The position numbers were made by a program, and so were the translations under genes. Below are positions 10,698 to 19,761 of a stretch of DNA of 64,000 nucleotides, piece after piece. This DNA is from an uncultured Bacteroidales bacterium (GTDB taxonomy: Bacteria; Bacteroidota; Bacteroidia; Bacteroidales; WCHB1-69): contig CAMVOL010000001.1 in assembly GCA_947169105.1 (NCBI GenBank), positions 7,570 through 71,569 on the forward strand, given 5' to 3'. Each line of letters starts with the position of its first letter. Positions within the stretch are counted from its first letter, which is position 1. Under the pieces are notes generated by a model, which ran no database searches, was not told the DNA's origin, and worked only from the letters and a program-made list of their open reading frames with translations.

Positions 10698-10759
10698 TAG
10701 TCGATTTTATAAATGTTCCGGCGACTCTCCTTACACAGAGAGAATACAATGCACGGGCG

Positions 10760-10767
10760 CAAAGGTA
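10760..10767 (-). promoter_or_regulatory. Bacteroidota -7 box (TAccTTTG) for the mltD-like gene
   Basis: Exact motif on the minus strand, 63 nt upstream of the ATG at 10697. Confidence 0.5.
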
Positions 10768-10872
10768 CTTACTTTTTCTGAAATGCCACACAGTCGTCTG
10801 TCCGACTTTTAAACAGACACTTTTTTATAAGCAGAATAGCAAGAAATTTATAAAAACAATGATTCCCTCCCC

Positions 10873-12021
10873 TTAAACCAGCAGCTCCTCGTCCTCGCCG
10901 TCGGTTTGCTCTATCACCTGTTTGGCCATATTGATGAGCGTTCCGAGAGCAAAGCAGGTGAAGAAGAGCGACACACTGCCGCGGCTGATAAGCGGCAGCG
11001 TCTGTCCGGTAGCAGGGATGACACCCGTATTAGCACCAATGTGGATCAGCGCCTGCAACAGAATCAGCACTCCGATGCCCGTAGCATAGTAACGGATGAA
11101 GTTGCCCCGAGCCTTCCGTGCCACAAACAACGCCTGATAAAAGAGTATCACATAAATAATCAGAACGGCCAATCCTGTGGCAAACGTGAATTCCTCACAA
11201 ATCAAGGCGAAGATGAAGTCGTTCTCTCCTTCCGCCATATTCTTTTTGATCAAGCCCTTGCCCGGTCCCGACGGGTTGACGATGGAGCGGGAGATGGCTG
11301 CCTTCGACAGGGTCATCTGCCGGCCGTAGGCCTTCGACTCGCACTTGCCATGCAGCCAGTATTGGATACGGCTGTCAAGCGTTGTGGAACGGTCCTCCCT
11401 CCCCTGCTCCACCACCACCTCATTCTGGTTGCGATGGTGTCCGATGGCCAGATAGATCCCACCCAATGCGCCACACAGCAAAAACGTGTAAACCAAGTAT
11501 TTGAACTTCACCCCAGCCACAAACATAATGGTAATACCCGTAAGGAAAAGGATGATGGCCGTGGAGATGTTGCGGAGCGCAATCAGCCCGACAAACAGCA
11601 TCAGCCAGCCCAATCCCCACAAAGTCTGCACCTTGTCAATCTCCTTCCCTTTATTGGTATGCTTGGCATAAAAAGCGCACAGATAAAAGATAAAACAGAG
11701 GGAGATTATATAAAATGTCTGTATCAGGTGACCGCCGATGGAGATGCTTCGTCCGCCCGCGCCGCGCCGCATAATCAGCGTCAGAACCAGCAGCACGAAA
11801 GCAATCACCAGAAAGACAAACGAGGAACGGTTGTACTTTTTGTAATTCACCTTCGACACGGCAAAGATGGCTACCAACCCTGCAAGCTGCTGTATCAATG
11901 GCAGCTTCAGGTCGCCCGTCAGGCTGTAGGAGGTCAGCACCGACACGACGGACAACAGAATCACCATCAGCCAGATACCATGGTAATACTTCAGTTTGCC
12001 GCTTAAAAAGGAGAGTTCCAT
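10873..12021 (-). CDS. ftsW: FtsW/RodA/SpoVE-family peptidoglycan polymerase
   Basis: 382 aa and polytopic. Has the SEDS motifs ...ENDFIFALICEE... and ...GQTLPLISRGSVS.... Positioned downstream of mraY in the dcw cluster. Confidence 0.8.
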   Translation of the reverse strand: MELSFLSGKLKYYHGIWLMVILLSVVSVLTSYSLTGDLKLPLIQQLAGLVAIFAVSKVNYKKYNRSSFVFLVIAFVLLVLTLIMRRGAGGRSISIGGHLIQTFYIISLCFIFYLCAFYAKHTNKGKEIDKVQTLWGLGWLMLFVGLIALRNISTAIILFLTGITIMFVAGVKFKYLVYTFLLCGALGGIYLAIGHHRNQNEVVVEQGREDRSTTLDSRIQYWLHGKCESKAYGRQMTLSKAAISRSIVNPSGPGKGLIKKNMAEGENDFIFALICEEFTFATGLAVLIIYVILFYQALFVARKARGNFIRYYATGIGVLILLQALIHIGANTGVIPATGQTLPLISRGSVSLFFTCFALGTLINMAKQVIEQTDGEDEELLV

Positions 12022-12022
12022 C

Positions 12023-12586
12023 TTACAACTGGGCTACGGCATTTTTGAAAGAAGAACCGCGACGGGCAATCGTACCCCCATCATTTTCGGCGGGCGTGCC
12101 GGGGCAATAGAGCACCTGATGGTCCTTTCCTGCGGAATAAAAGGCCGTACGCACCGCCGACTCCATATCGCCGGCACAATCGGTCACCACTCCCATCCCC
12201 TCAAGCATGGCACGCGACGGCGACTGCGCATCACCGACAAAAACGACGTAGCTGACTTTCGTCTGGATGAAATACATCAGGTCGGCGAACAGGCCGCCTG
12301 CCTCGCCCCACTGCTCGAAAGAGGTGATCCAGACCGTCTGCTTCTGGAGGTTGGAAAGTGCCATATAGACTCCGTTCACATTTTCGGAGGCGGCATCGTT
12401 GACAAAATCAACACCACGGATGTTCTTCACGAACTCCATCTTGTGTTCGGGCGCGCCAAAACCGTTGGAGGCCAACGTCGCCATCTGCGTGCGGCGGCTG
12501 TTCAGCAGTCCCTGCAAATCCCGAATTTCGGAACCGGCGATTCCACGCTCGAATCCATAGTCTCCTTTTACACTTACTTTCTTCAT
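12023..12586 (-). CDS. Stand-alone MurD C-terminal-domain-like protein (degenerate)
   Basis: 187 aa in the murD position. Alignable by eye to the MurD C-terminal domain (EHKMEFV..GVDFVNDAASEN...MESAVRTA...RGSSFKNAV). It has no N-terminal or central P-loop domain. It lies 24 nt after the mraY stop and 1 nt before the ftsW start. Confidence 0.6.
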   Translation of the reverse strand: MKKVSVKGDYGFERGIAGSEIRDLQGLLNSRRTQMATLASNGFGAPEHKMEFVKNIRGVDFVNDAASENVNGVYMALSNLQKQTVWITSFEQWGEAGGLFADLMYFIQTKVSYVVFVGDAQSPSRAMLEGMGVVTDCAGDMESAVRTAFYSAGKDHQVLYCPGTPAENDGGTIARRGSSFKNAVAQL

Positions 12587-12610
12587 AATATTTTGATCAA
12601 TAAAGGTTAA

Positions 12611-13918
12611 TTATCTGATTTTTAATGTAATGATTGCCAAAACGACACAGATGATGCTCAACACGATCATCCGTTGGGTGATGGTGGATTCGTGCAGGGT
12701 GGGTTTGCCCTTGCGCGAAAAGATGACCGGCTGGTCGGCCACGGCCTGTTTCTGGTAATGATGGTGAAGCGGTGTCATGATGAAAACCCGTTTACCCTGA
12801 CCCGTTTTCTTTTTGGTGTATTTGAAATAGGCGCGCTGAATCAGCACCGAACATGCTTCGATGAGGAAGATGCCACACAACAGCGGAATCAGCAGCTCCT
12901 TGCGGATGATGATGCACGACACCGCGATGATGCCGCCCAAGGTGAGGCTGCCCACGTCGCCCATAAACACCTTGGCGGGATAGCAGTTCCACCAGTAGAA
13001 ACCGATGAGCGCCCCGACCAACGCCGAAACGAACACCACCAGTTCGCTGATGTTGGGGATGTACATAATGTTGAGGTAATCGGCGAAGACCGCATTGCCC
13101 GACACGTAAGCCAGCACGGCGATACCTACCGCGATGGGGGCGGAAACGCCCGTCACGAGCCCATCCATACCATCGGTGAGATTGGCGCCGTTGGAAACCG
13201 CCGTCAGAATGAAGACAATGATGGGAATATAGAACAGGAACGACCACCTGCCATCCTTGTCTCCCAGCCAACGGGTGAACCACGCATAGTTGAACTCATG
13301 GTTTTTTACGAATGGAATGGTCGTCTTGGTGGAATGGAACGACGGGGTGACAGGCTGCTTTGCCGGTGCGATGTTGGCATCGGTCTTGCTGATGGTGAAC
13401 ATCTCGTCCGTCGTCGTCACCTGCTTCGGCAATGAGTAGTTCTCCTTGATGCCCACCGCCGGATGAAAGTACATCACCACACCCACGACAATACCCAACA
13501 CAATCTGTCCCAGCAGTTTGGTCTTTTCGGAAATGCCGTCTTTGTTGTGCTTCACACACTTGATGTAGTCGTCGGCGAAACCGAGTGCGCCCAACCACAG
13601 GGTGGTGAAAAGCATCAGCAGGACATAAATATTGTCAAGCTTGTTGAACAGCAGCACCGGAATCAGCAGGGATACAATGATGAGGATGCCGCCCATTTTC
13701 GGAGTAGCGGCCTTGTTCTCCTGCCCCGGAAGCCCAAGGTCGCGTTCCTGCTCACCACGGGTCTTTTTCCGCAAAATCTCAATCACAGGCTTTCCAGCCA
13801 GAAGCGTGATAAGGAACGACAATGCCAGTGCGCACACCGCGCGGAAGGAGATGTAGTGGAATAGTCCCGCACCGGGGAAATTCAATCCATGAAGCCAATC
13901 AAAAAGGTAATATAACAT
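12611..13918 (-). CDS. mraY: Phospho-N-acetylmuramoyl-pentapeptide transferase
   Basis: 435 aa and polytopic. Has the motifs GFADDYIK and NGANLTDGMDGL. Confidence 0.95.
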   Translation of the reverse strand: MLYYLFDWLHGLNFPGAGLFHYISFRAVCALALSFLITLLAGKPVIEILRKKTRGEQERDLGLPGQENKAATPKMGGILIIVSLLIPVLLFNKLDNIYVLLMLFTTLWLGALGFADDYIKCVKHNKDGISEKTKLLGQIVLGIVVGVVMYFHPAVGIKENYSLPKQVTTTDEMFTISKTDANIAPAKQPVTPSFHSTKTTIPFVKNHEFNYAWFTRWLGDKDGRWSFLFYIPIIVFILTAVSNGANLTDGMDGLVTGVSAPIAVGIAVLAYVSGNAVFADYLNIMYIPNISELVVFVSALVGALIGFYWWNCYPAKVFMGDVGSLTLGGIIAVSCIIIRKELLIPLLCGIFLIEACSVLIQRAYFKYTKKKTGQGKRVFIMTPLHHHYQKQAVADQPVIFSRKGKPTLHESTITQRMIVLSIICVVLAIITLKIR

Positions 13919-13923
13919 ATCAG

Positions 13924-14003
13924 ATTACAGGTTACAGGTTACAGGTTACAGGTTACAGGTTACAGGTTACAGGTTTCAATTTTCAGTTTTCAGTTTTCAA
14001 TTT
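13924..14003. repeat. 7-bp periodic tandem array (6 x RTTACAG, then 5 x KTTTCAR)
   Basis: Read directly from the sequence: attacag, then gttacag x5, then gtttcaa, ttttcag x2 and ttttcaa x2. It fills the murE-mraY spacer. Confidence 0.9.
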
Positions 14004-15479
14004 TCAATTTAATTGCCAGTTGTTACGCACCTCTTCGATGTCGTCGAAATGGTGTTTGGTGCCTTGCACGTCCTGATACTTTTCGTGTCCTTTGCCGGCG
14101 ATGAGGATGACCCCGTGGTCACGCATGAGCATGCAGGCGGTACGGATAGCCTCGCGCCGGTTCTCAATAATCAAAGCATTGGGACGGTAGTCTGCGGGAA
14201 TACCCGGCTCCATATCCTTAAGGATCTGCGCCGGTTCTTCAAAACGGGGGTTGTCGGACGTGAGAATGACACGGTCGCTGTACTCGCAAGCGATGGCAGC
14301 CATTTCGGGACGTTTGGTCTTGTCGCGGTTGCCGCCACAACCCACCACGGTCAGCACCTCCTCGCCCTTGCGGGTGATGTTGCGGATGGTGGACAGCACA
14401 TTCTTGAGGGCGTCGGGCGTGTGGGCGTAATCGACGATGGCCACGCCGCCCTGCCCGTTGCGGATCACCTCGAAACGTCCGTCGGCTGTGCCTAAGGCGC
14501 TCATTTTCACCAACACTTCCTCCGACGGCATGCCCAAAAGCACCGCCGCCGCATAGATGGCCGTCAGGTTGTAGGCGTTGAAGCGCCCCGACAGACGGAA
14601 GAACGACTCCACGCCGTTGATTTGGAGGTGCAGTCCTTCAAAGCTGTTCTCAATGAGGCGCGTTTTGAAATCAGCAGGTGACTGCAACGAGTAGGTCTTC
14701 ACTATCGCTTTGGTGTTCTGCACCATCACCATGCCGTTCTTGTCGTCAATATTGGTGAGGGCGAAGGCGGTGGCGGGAAGAGCATCAAAAAATCCTTTCT
14801 TTGCCTGGATATAATTGGCAAACGTTTTGTGGAAATCCAGATGGTCGTGGGTGATATTGCTGAAAATGCCGCCCGCAAACGTCAGTCCCTCAATACGATG
14901 CTGACACACAGAGTGGGAACTGACTTCCATAAAGCAGTATTCGCAGCCCGCTTCCACCATACGGGCGAGCAGGGCGTTCAACTCCAACGCATCGGGTGTG
15001 GTGTGCGTGGCCGCCACCTCCTCATTGCCGATGCGGTTCACGATGGTGGAGAGCAGCCCCGCCTTATGTCCGAGAGCGGTGAAAAGGCGGTGCAGCAGCG
15101 TCACCGTGGTGGTTTTTCCGTTGGTGCCGGTGATGCCGACCAGTTTCAGCTTGCGGCTCGGGTGACCGAAGAAAGCACCGGCCATACGTCCCAACGCCAC
15201 GGAGCTGTCGTTGACCCGGATGTAGCAGACTTTGTCGGAAAGCGCGGCGGGCAGCTCCTCGCAAAGCACCGCACCTGCGCCCGCCTCCACAGCCTGCGGA
15301 ATATACAGGTGCCCGTCGGTCTGGGTGCCGCGCTGGGCCACATACAAAGTGGTAACACCCTCTTCTTCAGAGTGCTTGATTTTGCGGGAATCAAATTCAA
15401 TCCGCCCGATTCCGACTTCGGGACTGCCTTTGATTTCGCAATAGTCAATGTTGGCTAATAGTGTAGCTAAAGTTTTCAC
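14004..15479 (-). CDS. murE: UDP-N-acetylmuramoyl-tripeptide:meso-DAP ligase
   Basis: 491 aa. Has the P-loop GITGTNGKTT and the DAP-specific DNPR motif (TSDNPRFE). Confidence 0.95.
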   Translation of the reverse strand: MKTLATLLANIDYCEIKGSPEVGIGRIEFDSRKIKHSEEEGVTTLYVAQRGTQTDGHLYIPQAVEAGAGAVLCEELPAALSDKVCYIRVNDSSVALGRMAGAFFGHPSRKLKLVGITGTNGKTTTVTLLHRLFTALGHKAGLLSTIVNRIGNEEVAATHTTPDALELNALLARMVEAGCEYCFMEVSSHSVCQHRIEGLTFAGGIFSNITHDHLDFHKTFANYIQAKKGFFDALPATAFALTNIDDKNGMVMVQNTKAIVKTYSLQSPADFKTRLIENSFEGLHLQINGVESFFRLSGRFNAYNLTAIYAAAVLLGMPSEEVLVKMSALGTADGRFEVIRNGQGGVAIVDYAHTPDALKNVLSTIRNITRKGEEVLTVVGCGGNRDKTKRPEMAAIACEYSDRVILTSDNPRFEEPAQILKDMEPGIPADYRPNALIIENRREAIRTACMLMRDHGVILIAGKGHEKYQDVQGTKHHFDDIEEVRNNWQLN

Positions 15480-15489
15480 GTATCAATTT

Positions 15490-15674
15490 AGGTTATAGGT
15501 TTTAGGTTACAGGGGGCAGGTTTTAGGTTACAGGGGGCAGGTTTTAGGTTACAGGGGGCAGGTTTTAGGTTACAGGGGGCAGGGGGCAGTAGAATGTGGA
15601 AAGTAGAAGGTAAGAGGTAGTAGGTAAAAAGTAAAAGGTGATGGGTGGGTGAACAACAAAGGGATGGGTGGGTG
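15490..15674. repeat. Heptad-phased array: 4 x 21 bp (AGGTTTT AGGTTAC AGGGGGC), then an RGTANNA tract and 2 x GATGGGTGGGTG
   Basis: The 21-bp units start at 15497, 15518, 15539 and 15560. The 7-nt phase continues through 15588-15650. It fills the ftsI-murE spacer. Confidence 0.9.
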
Positions 15675-15677
15675 CCG

Positions 15678-17945
15678 CTATGGGCTTAGGGTGAGGGTGA
15701 CGGTATTATTTTCTTTGCTATAAGATTGGCTTGTGACATTTCCTTTTCCAGTGATTTGGGCGCGGTGTCCGTATTTCCGCACTTCGGCGATGGCGTCGGA
15801 AGCGCTAAGGCCGATGACATTGGGCACGCTGTCCCTCACCGCAATAGTATAGCCGGTGAACAGTGTCTCATCCTCCCGCGAAGTGACGCAGTAATCGGTT
15901 TTTTCGGCAGGCATGGTACCGGATTTCCAGTGCTGCACCGCCGCCTTCAGGGTTTGCCAGCGCACCGGGCGCTTGGCTGTGAGGTGCTTTTCGCTCCGGT
16001 CGATCTCTTTTGCAGGATAAATGATCTGGTGGGCGATATTGGAGAACAGGCGCGCCGCCTCGCCGCTGCCGTACCGTTTTTTTACATCGAACAGATAGAC
16101 AATGCAGGTGTATTTCGGGTTGTCGGCGGGGAAATAGCCGCAGAAGGAGATGGCGTTACGACTGTAATCATAGCGGCCGAGGGTCTGGTCGTAGATGTCA
16201 CGGGTGCCCGTCTTGCCGGCCATCGGGAAATTTTCGTCATGGCAGCTGTAGGCGGTACCGCCCTTCTCCATCACCACGGCACGGAGGAACTCCTGCGCAA
16301 TCTTGATGGTCTGTGGCGAGGCAATCCGTTCCTTCAACACCACCGTCGGGTACTCCACTGTCTCCTTGCCGAGAGTGGTGGAGCGGACAAAACGGGGCTG
16401 CATCATTTTACCCCCGTTGGCGACAGCATTGTAATAGACCAAGGTCTGCAACGGCTGCATACAGAACCCCGCCCCAAAGTAGTAGCCGTACTGCTCGGTG
16501 AAGTTGCGGGTATTGGGGTGCATATTCACGGGTTCCAGCTTGCCTATTTGTGCGGAGAAACCGATGGTTACAAACATAGAATCCAGCTTGCGGGCATAGT
16601 CCGCATACTTGGGGAAGGCATCGCGCACCATCAGCGCCACACCGATGTTGGACGAGTGCTTGATAATTTCCCGCACGGAGACGTCACGGATGAGGCCGCG
16701 CGAGTGGGAGTCCTTGTACGAGTAGCTGCGTTTGCCGACCGTGAAAGTGTAATCACCTCGGCAGTACCTGCGGGTGGTGTCGCCGTGCAACTGCTCCAGA
16801 TAGGCCAAAAGTGAAGCGAGTTTGAAGGTGGAACCGGGTTCCGCCGATTCCGCCACCATCGCATTGTTGCGGGTTTCGAGATAAACCGTGTCATTCCCAT
16901 TGACGAAGCGGGTGAAGTTCGACATGGCCTTGATGTCGCCTGTTGCCGTCTCCATCACCACGGCACAAGCCCATTTCGGCTTGGTCTCCAACGATTTCTC
17001 CAGCAGCTCCTTATGGACAATCTTCTGAATTTCCGTATTGATGGTCGTATAGACGTAACCGCCGTTCACGGGAGGGTTTTCCGATTCCAATGGTATGGAT
17101 ATTCCATTGATATACAGACGTTTCTTTTGCCCAGGAATACCCGTCAGCACCCTGTCGAATTCCGGATTCCCGTCAATTCCGTTTCCTTTGGACATATTGC
17201 CGAGAATACGCTGGGCCAATTTGCCGTATGGGTGTACGCGCACCAGAAGTTCGGAGCTCCCCTCGTTCAGGATGTCGGCGAAATAGAGCCGTTTCAGCTT
17301 CTTGGCCTCCATCTGCTCCGGCGAGAACCCGTAGCGGGCGCGGACAGCCGCCGCCGTGTCAATGGTGCGTGAGAAGAGCGGCAGCCTCTTGATGAAAGCC
17401 AAATCCTTGGGCAACACCATCTTATTTTCACGCACCACCTGTTCCTCACTGAAAATAGTGACAAACTTCTGGTCCTTGAGCGCCCGCGTGAACTTGGCAC
17501 GATAGTCCTCCACACTATATTCAGGGTAGCGGTCGCTGAAACGGCTGTAAAAACTGACTGCGAGGTCGTAAATGAGCGTGTCCAAGTAGGTCTCATTCTC
17601 CTTGAAATAGCGGTGGTTTTTGTTGTATGACATCCCGTCCACGCCAATAGGATAGACACGCACGTTGGACACTAACGGCATATCGCTGTCGTCGAAGATG
17701 ATGCCGCGCGGGGGCTTGACGTAGGACTCCACCACGCAGTTTTCACGCATTTCGGGAGGGAGGGTGTCAAACTGTTCACTTGTATAGACGGGATAAATGT
17801 CGGGAGAACCGCTGAATTTTTTCTGCTGGAAGCAAGCGAGATAGACCATTCCGACAAGACACAGCAAGATGAACGCCGCACAGAACGCGATGACCACCCG
17901 CTGCCGCCTGATGAAAATGTCCTGCCGTTGTTTCTTCTTACTCAT
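15678..17945 (-). CDS. ftsI: Penicillin-binding protein FtsI (transpeptidase) with C-terminal PASTA domain
   Basis: 755 aa from MSKKKQRQD; this start overlaps the ftsL stop by 8 nt. Has the STFK, SSN and KTGT motifs. The C-terminal VPNVIGLSASDAIAEV... is PASTA-like. Confidence 0.9.
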   Translation of the reverse strand: MSKKKQRQDIFIRRQRVVIAFCAAFILLCLVGMVYLACFQQKKFSGSPDIYPVYTSEQFDTLPPEMRENCVVESYVKPPRGIIFDDSDMPLVSNVRVYPIGVDGMSYNKNHRYFKENETYLDTLIYDLAVSFYSRFSDRYPEYSVEDYRAKFTRALKDQKFVTIFSEEQVVRENKMVLPKDLAFIKRLPLFSRTIDTAAAVRARYGFSPEQMEAKKLKRLYFADILNEGSSELLVRVHPYGKLAQRILGNMSKGNGIDGNPEFDRVLTGIPGQKKRLYINGISIPLESENPPVNGGYVYTTINTEIQKIVHKELLEKSLETKPKWACAVVMETATGDIKAMSNFTRFVNGNDTVYLETRNNAMVAESAEPGSTFKLASLLAYLEQLHGDTTRRYCRGDYTFTVGKRSYSYKDSHSRGLIRDVSVREIIKHSSNIGVALMVRDAFPKYADYARKLDSMFVTIGFSAQIGKLEPVNMHPNTRNFTEQYGYYFGAGFCMQPLQTLVYYNAVANGGKMMQPRFVRSTTLGKETVEYPTVVLKERIASPQTIKIAQEFLRAVVMEKGGTAYSCHDENFPMAGKTGTRDIYDQTLGRYDYSRNAISFCGYFPADNPKYTCIVYLFDVKKRYGSGEAARLFSNIAHQIIYPAKEIDRSEKHLTAKRPVRWQTLKAAVQHWKSGTMPAEKTDYCVTSREDETLFTGYTIAVRDSVPNVIGLSASDAIAEVRKYGHRAQITGKGNVTSQSYSKENNTVTLTLSP

Positions 17946-18300
17946 TGTCCACCTCAATTTTGTAATAATTGTTGGCGTTGGTCGGCACAAAGCCCATCTC
18001 AGCGGCCTGCTGGCGCAGCCGCTCCTCGTCTTCCGTATAAATCACCTCATTCCGAACCTTGAACTCTACGACCGTGCTATCGTACTGGTCCTGCAACTGC
18101 TTGTACCTCTTTTCCTTACGATTGATAGACTGCTCATTCCAGAGGGCAACCAGCACGATGATAATCACGGCAGCGGCCCAGACGCCCCATTTTTCAATGG
18201 AGCGCAAAAGATGAATGCCCGAGAACGTCTCGCGGATGAAGGTCCGGAGCCGTCCTGGCTTTTTCGTCTTTTGGGGTTCAACTTCCTGTTTCTGGTACAC
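17938..18300 (-). CDS. ftsL: FtsL-like cell division protein
   Basis: 120 aa with a single TM helix followed by a coiled-coil-like segment. Positioned between rsmH and ftsI. Confidence 0.7.
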   Translation of the reverse strand: MYQKQEVEPQKTKKPGRLRTFIRETFSGIHLLRSIEKWGVWAAAVIIIVLVALWNEQSINRKEKRYKQLQDQYDSTVVEFKVRNEVIYTEDEERLRQQAAEMGFVPTNANNYYKIEVDNE

Positions 18301-18352
18301 TTTGGGGTTAAAGGTTAATGGTTATCAAGGTTTTAATGGGGTCAATATGGGG

Positions 18353-19246
18353 TCAGCGGCGGGCCGCTATCCGCAGCTTGGCACTTCGGGCGCGGGGGTT
18401 CGCGCCGATTTCTTCGTCGTCGGGGACGACGGCCTTGCGGGTGATGAGTTCGAAGGGGGTGAGCGGATTTCCGTAGAAATCTTTTTCGACATTTCCCTCA
18501 AAGTTGCCGGCCTTCATAAAGTTCTTGACGAGGCGGTCTTCGAGCGAATGGTAGGAGATGACGGCGAGCCGTCCGCCGGGTTTCAGCACCTCCACGGCCT
18601 GTGTGAGGAAGCTGCGGAGCACCTCCATCTCGTCATTGACTTCGATACGGAGGGCTTGGAACACCTGCGACAAAGTCTTGTTCTCCTTGCCATGCGGCAG
18701 AAGCGGCGCAAGCACGTTGGCGAGGTCGGTGGTGGTGCGGATGGGGGTTTCCCGGTTGGCTTCGATGCGGGCGGCAATCTGGCGGGCGTTGGCCAGTTCA
18801 CCGTACTTGTAGAAAAGGTCGGCGAGGGCCGCAACGGGATAGCGGTTCACCACTTCGGCAGCAGTGAGCCCTCGGGTGCTGTTCATCCGCATGTCTAGGT
18901 CGCCCTCGAAACGGTGCGAAAAGCCGCGTTCAGGCGTGTCAAACTGGTGCGACGACACGCCAAGGTCGGCCAAGATGCCGTCGGCGGGACATCCATTATA
19001 ATATTGTAAAAATTTCTTGAGGTTGCTGAAGTTCGACAGCACGAACTGGAAGCGCGGATCCTGAGGCACGTTGGCGGCGGCATCGGGGTCTTGGTCGAAA
19101 GCGATGAGCCGGCCTTTCGGACTGAGTTTTTGCAAAATCAGCGCGGAATGGCCGCCGCCCCCGAAAGTGACATCGACATAGATGCCGTCGGGATTCGTCA
19201 CCATGCCATCAACCGACGGGTGGAGAAGGACGGGGTTATGATACAT
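18353..19246 (-). CDS. rsmH: 16S rRNA m4C1402 methyltransferase RsmH (MraW)
   Basis: 297 aa from MYHNPVLL. Has the SAM motif DVTFGGGGHS. The start overlaps the mraZ stop. Confidence 0.95.
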   Translation of the reverse strand: MYHNPVLLHPSVDGMVTNPDGIYVDVTFGGGGHSALILQKLSPKGRLIAFDQDPDAAANVPQDPRFQFVLSNFSNLKKFLQYYNGCPADGILADLGVSSHQFDTPERGFSHRFEGDLDMRMNSTRGLTAAEVVNRYPVAALADLFYKYGELANARQIAARIEANRETPIRTTTDLANVLAPLLPHGKENKTLSQVFQALRIEVNDEMEVLRSFLTQAVEVLKPGGRLAVISYHSLEDRLVKNFMKAGNFEGNVEKDFYGNPLTPFELITRKAVVPDDEEIGANPRARSAKLRIAARR

Positions 19247-19724
19247 CGCCACCCTCCTTTCCTGCCTTTTGGAACTCCCCGGAATGCATTTGCGCGTTGA
19301 TGACGGCAAAGTCCTCCGGCGTCACGGCATCGCACATGCTGTTGAAGTCATTTTTGTTCCAAATTTCAATCTGCCCGTTGTCCAAGACCAAAACCGCGTC
19401 ACCTGCAATGCCATACTGGTCCATCAGATTTTTGGGCAGCACGATACGGTTCTGCGAGTCGGCCTCGATATAAGCACTATTGCGCAAAAGAATATTACGG
19501 TACAACTTGACCTGCAGATTGTTGCGGTCCAAAGAGTCCAAAAAATCAGCCTGCTTCTGATAGGCGGTCTGGGTCCACAGCATGATGTGCTTGCCGAAAC
19601 CGACGGTGGCCCAGAATGACTGGCGGTCCTCCTCCGGCAACTCCTTAATGAGAGCAGCAGGCAGCTTCAACCGCCCATACTTCTCAATGGAGACTTCAAA
19701 CCAACGATATTTGAAACCCGTCAT
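19236..19724 (-). CDS. mraZ: Transcriptional regulator MraZ
   Basis: 162 aa. Two SpoVT/AbrB-like repeats are present (EKYGRLKLPAAL and SQNRIVLPKNL). It is the first gene of the dcw cluster. Confidence 0.9.
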   Translation of the reverse strand: MTGFKYRWFEVSIEKYGRLKLPAALIKELPEEDRQSFWATVGFGKHIMLWTQTAYQKQADFLDSLDRNNLQVKLYRNILLRNSAYIEADSQNRIVLPKNLMDQYGIAGDAVLVLDNGQIEIWNKNDFNSMCDAVTPEDFAVINAQMHSGEFQKAGKEGGDVS

Positions 19725-19753
19725 AATTTTTTTCTTTGCGCCAAAAAAGCGTA

Positions 19754-19761
19754 CAAAAGTA
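19754..19761 (-). promoter_or_regulatory. Bacteroidota -7 box (TActTTTG) for the mraZ/dcw operon
   Basis: Exact motif on the minus strand, 30 nt upstream of the ATG at 19724. Confidence 0.55.

Noticed and set aside
10698-10872. Possible small RNA in the ftsW / mltD-like spacer, suggested by the hairpin GTCTGT...ACAGAC.
   Set aside because: The hairpin is short and weak. The region is adequately explained by a terminator-like structure, the -7 box at 10760-10767 and the mltD leader.
13924-15674. Heptad arrays considered as generic frame-independent stop-codon insulators.
   Set aside because: The idea holds for 13924-14003, where every unit carries a stop on the mRNA strand. In the right half of 15490-15674 the stop-containing words are on the non-transcribed strand, so it cannot be the general explanation. 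It is kept only as a local speculation.
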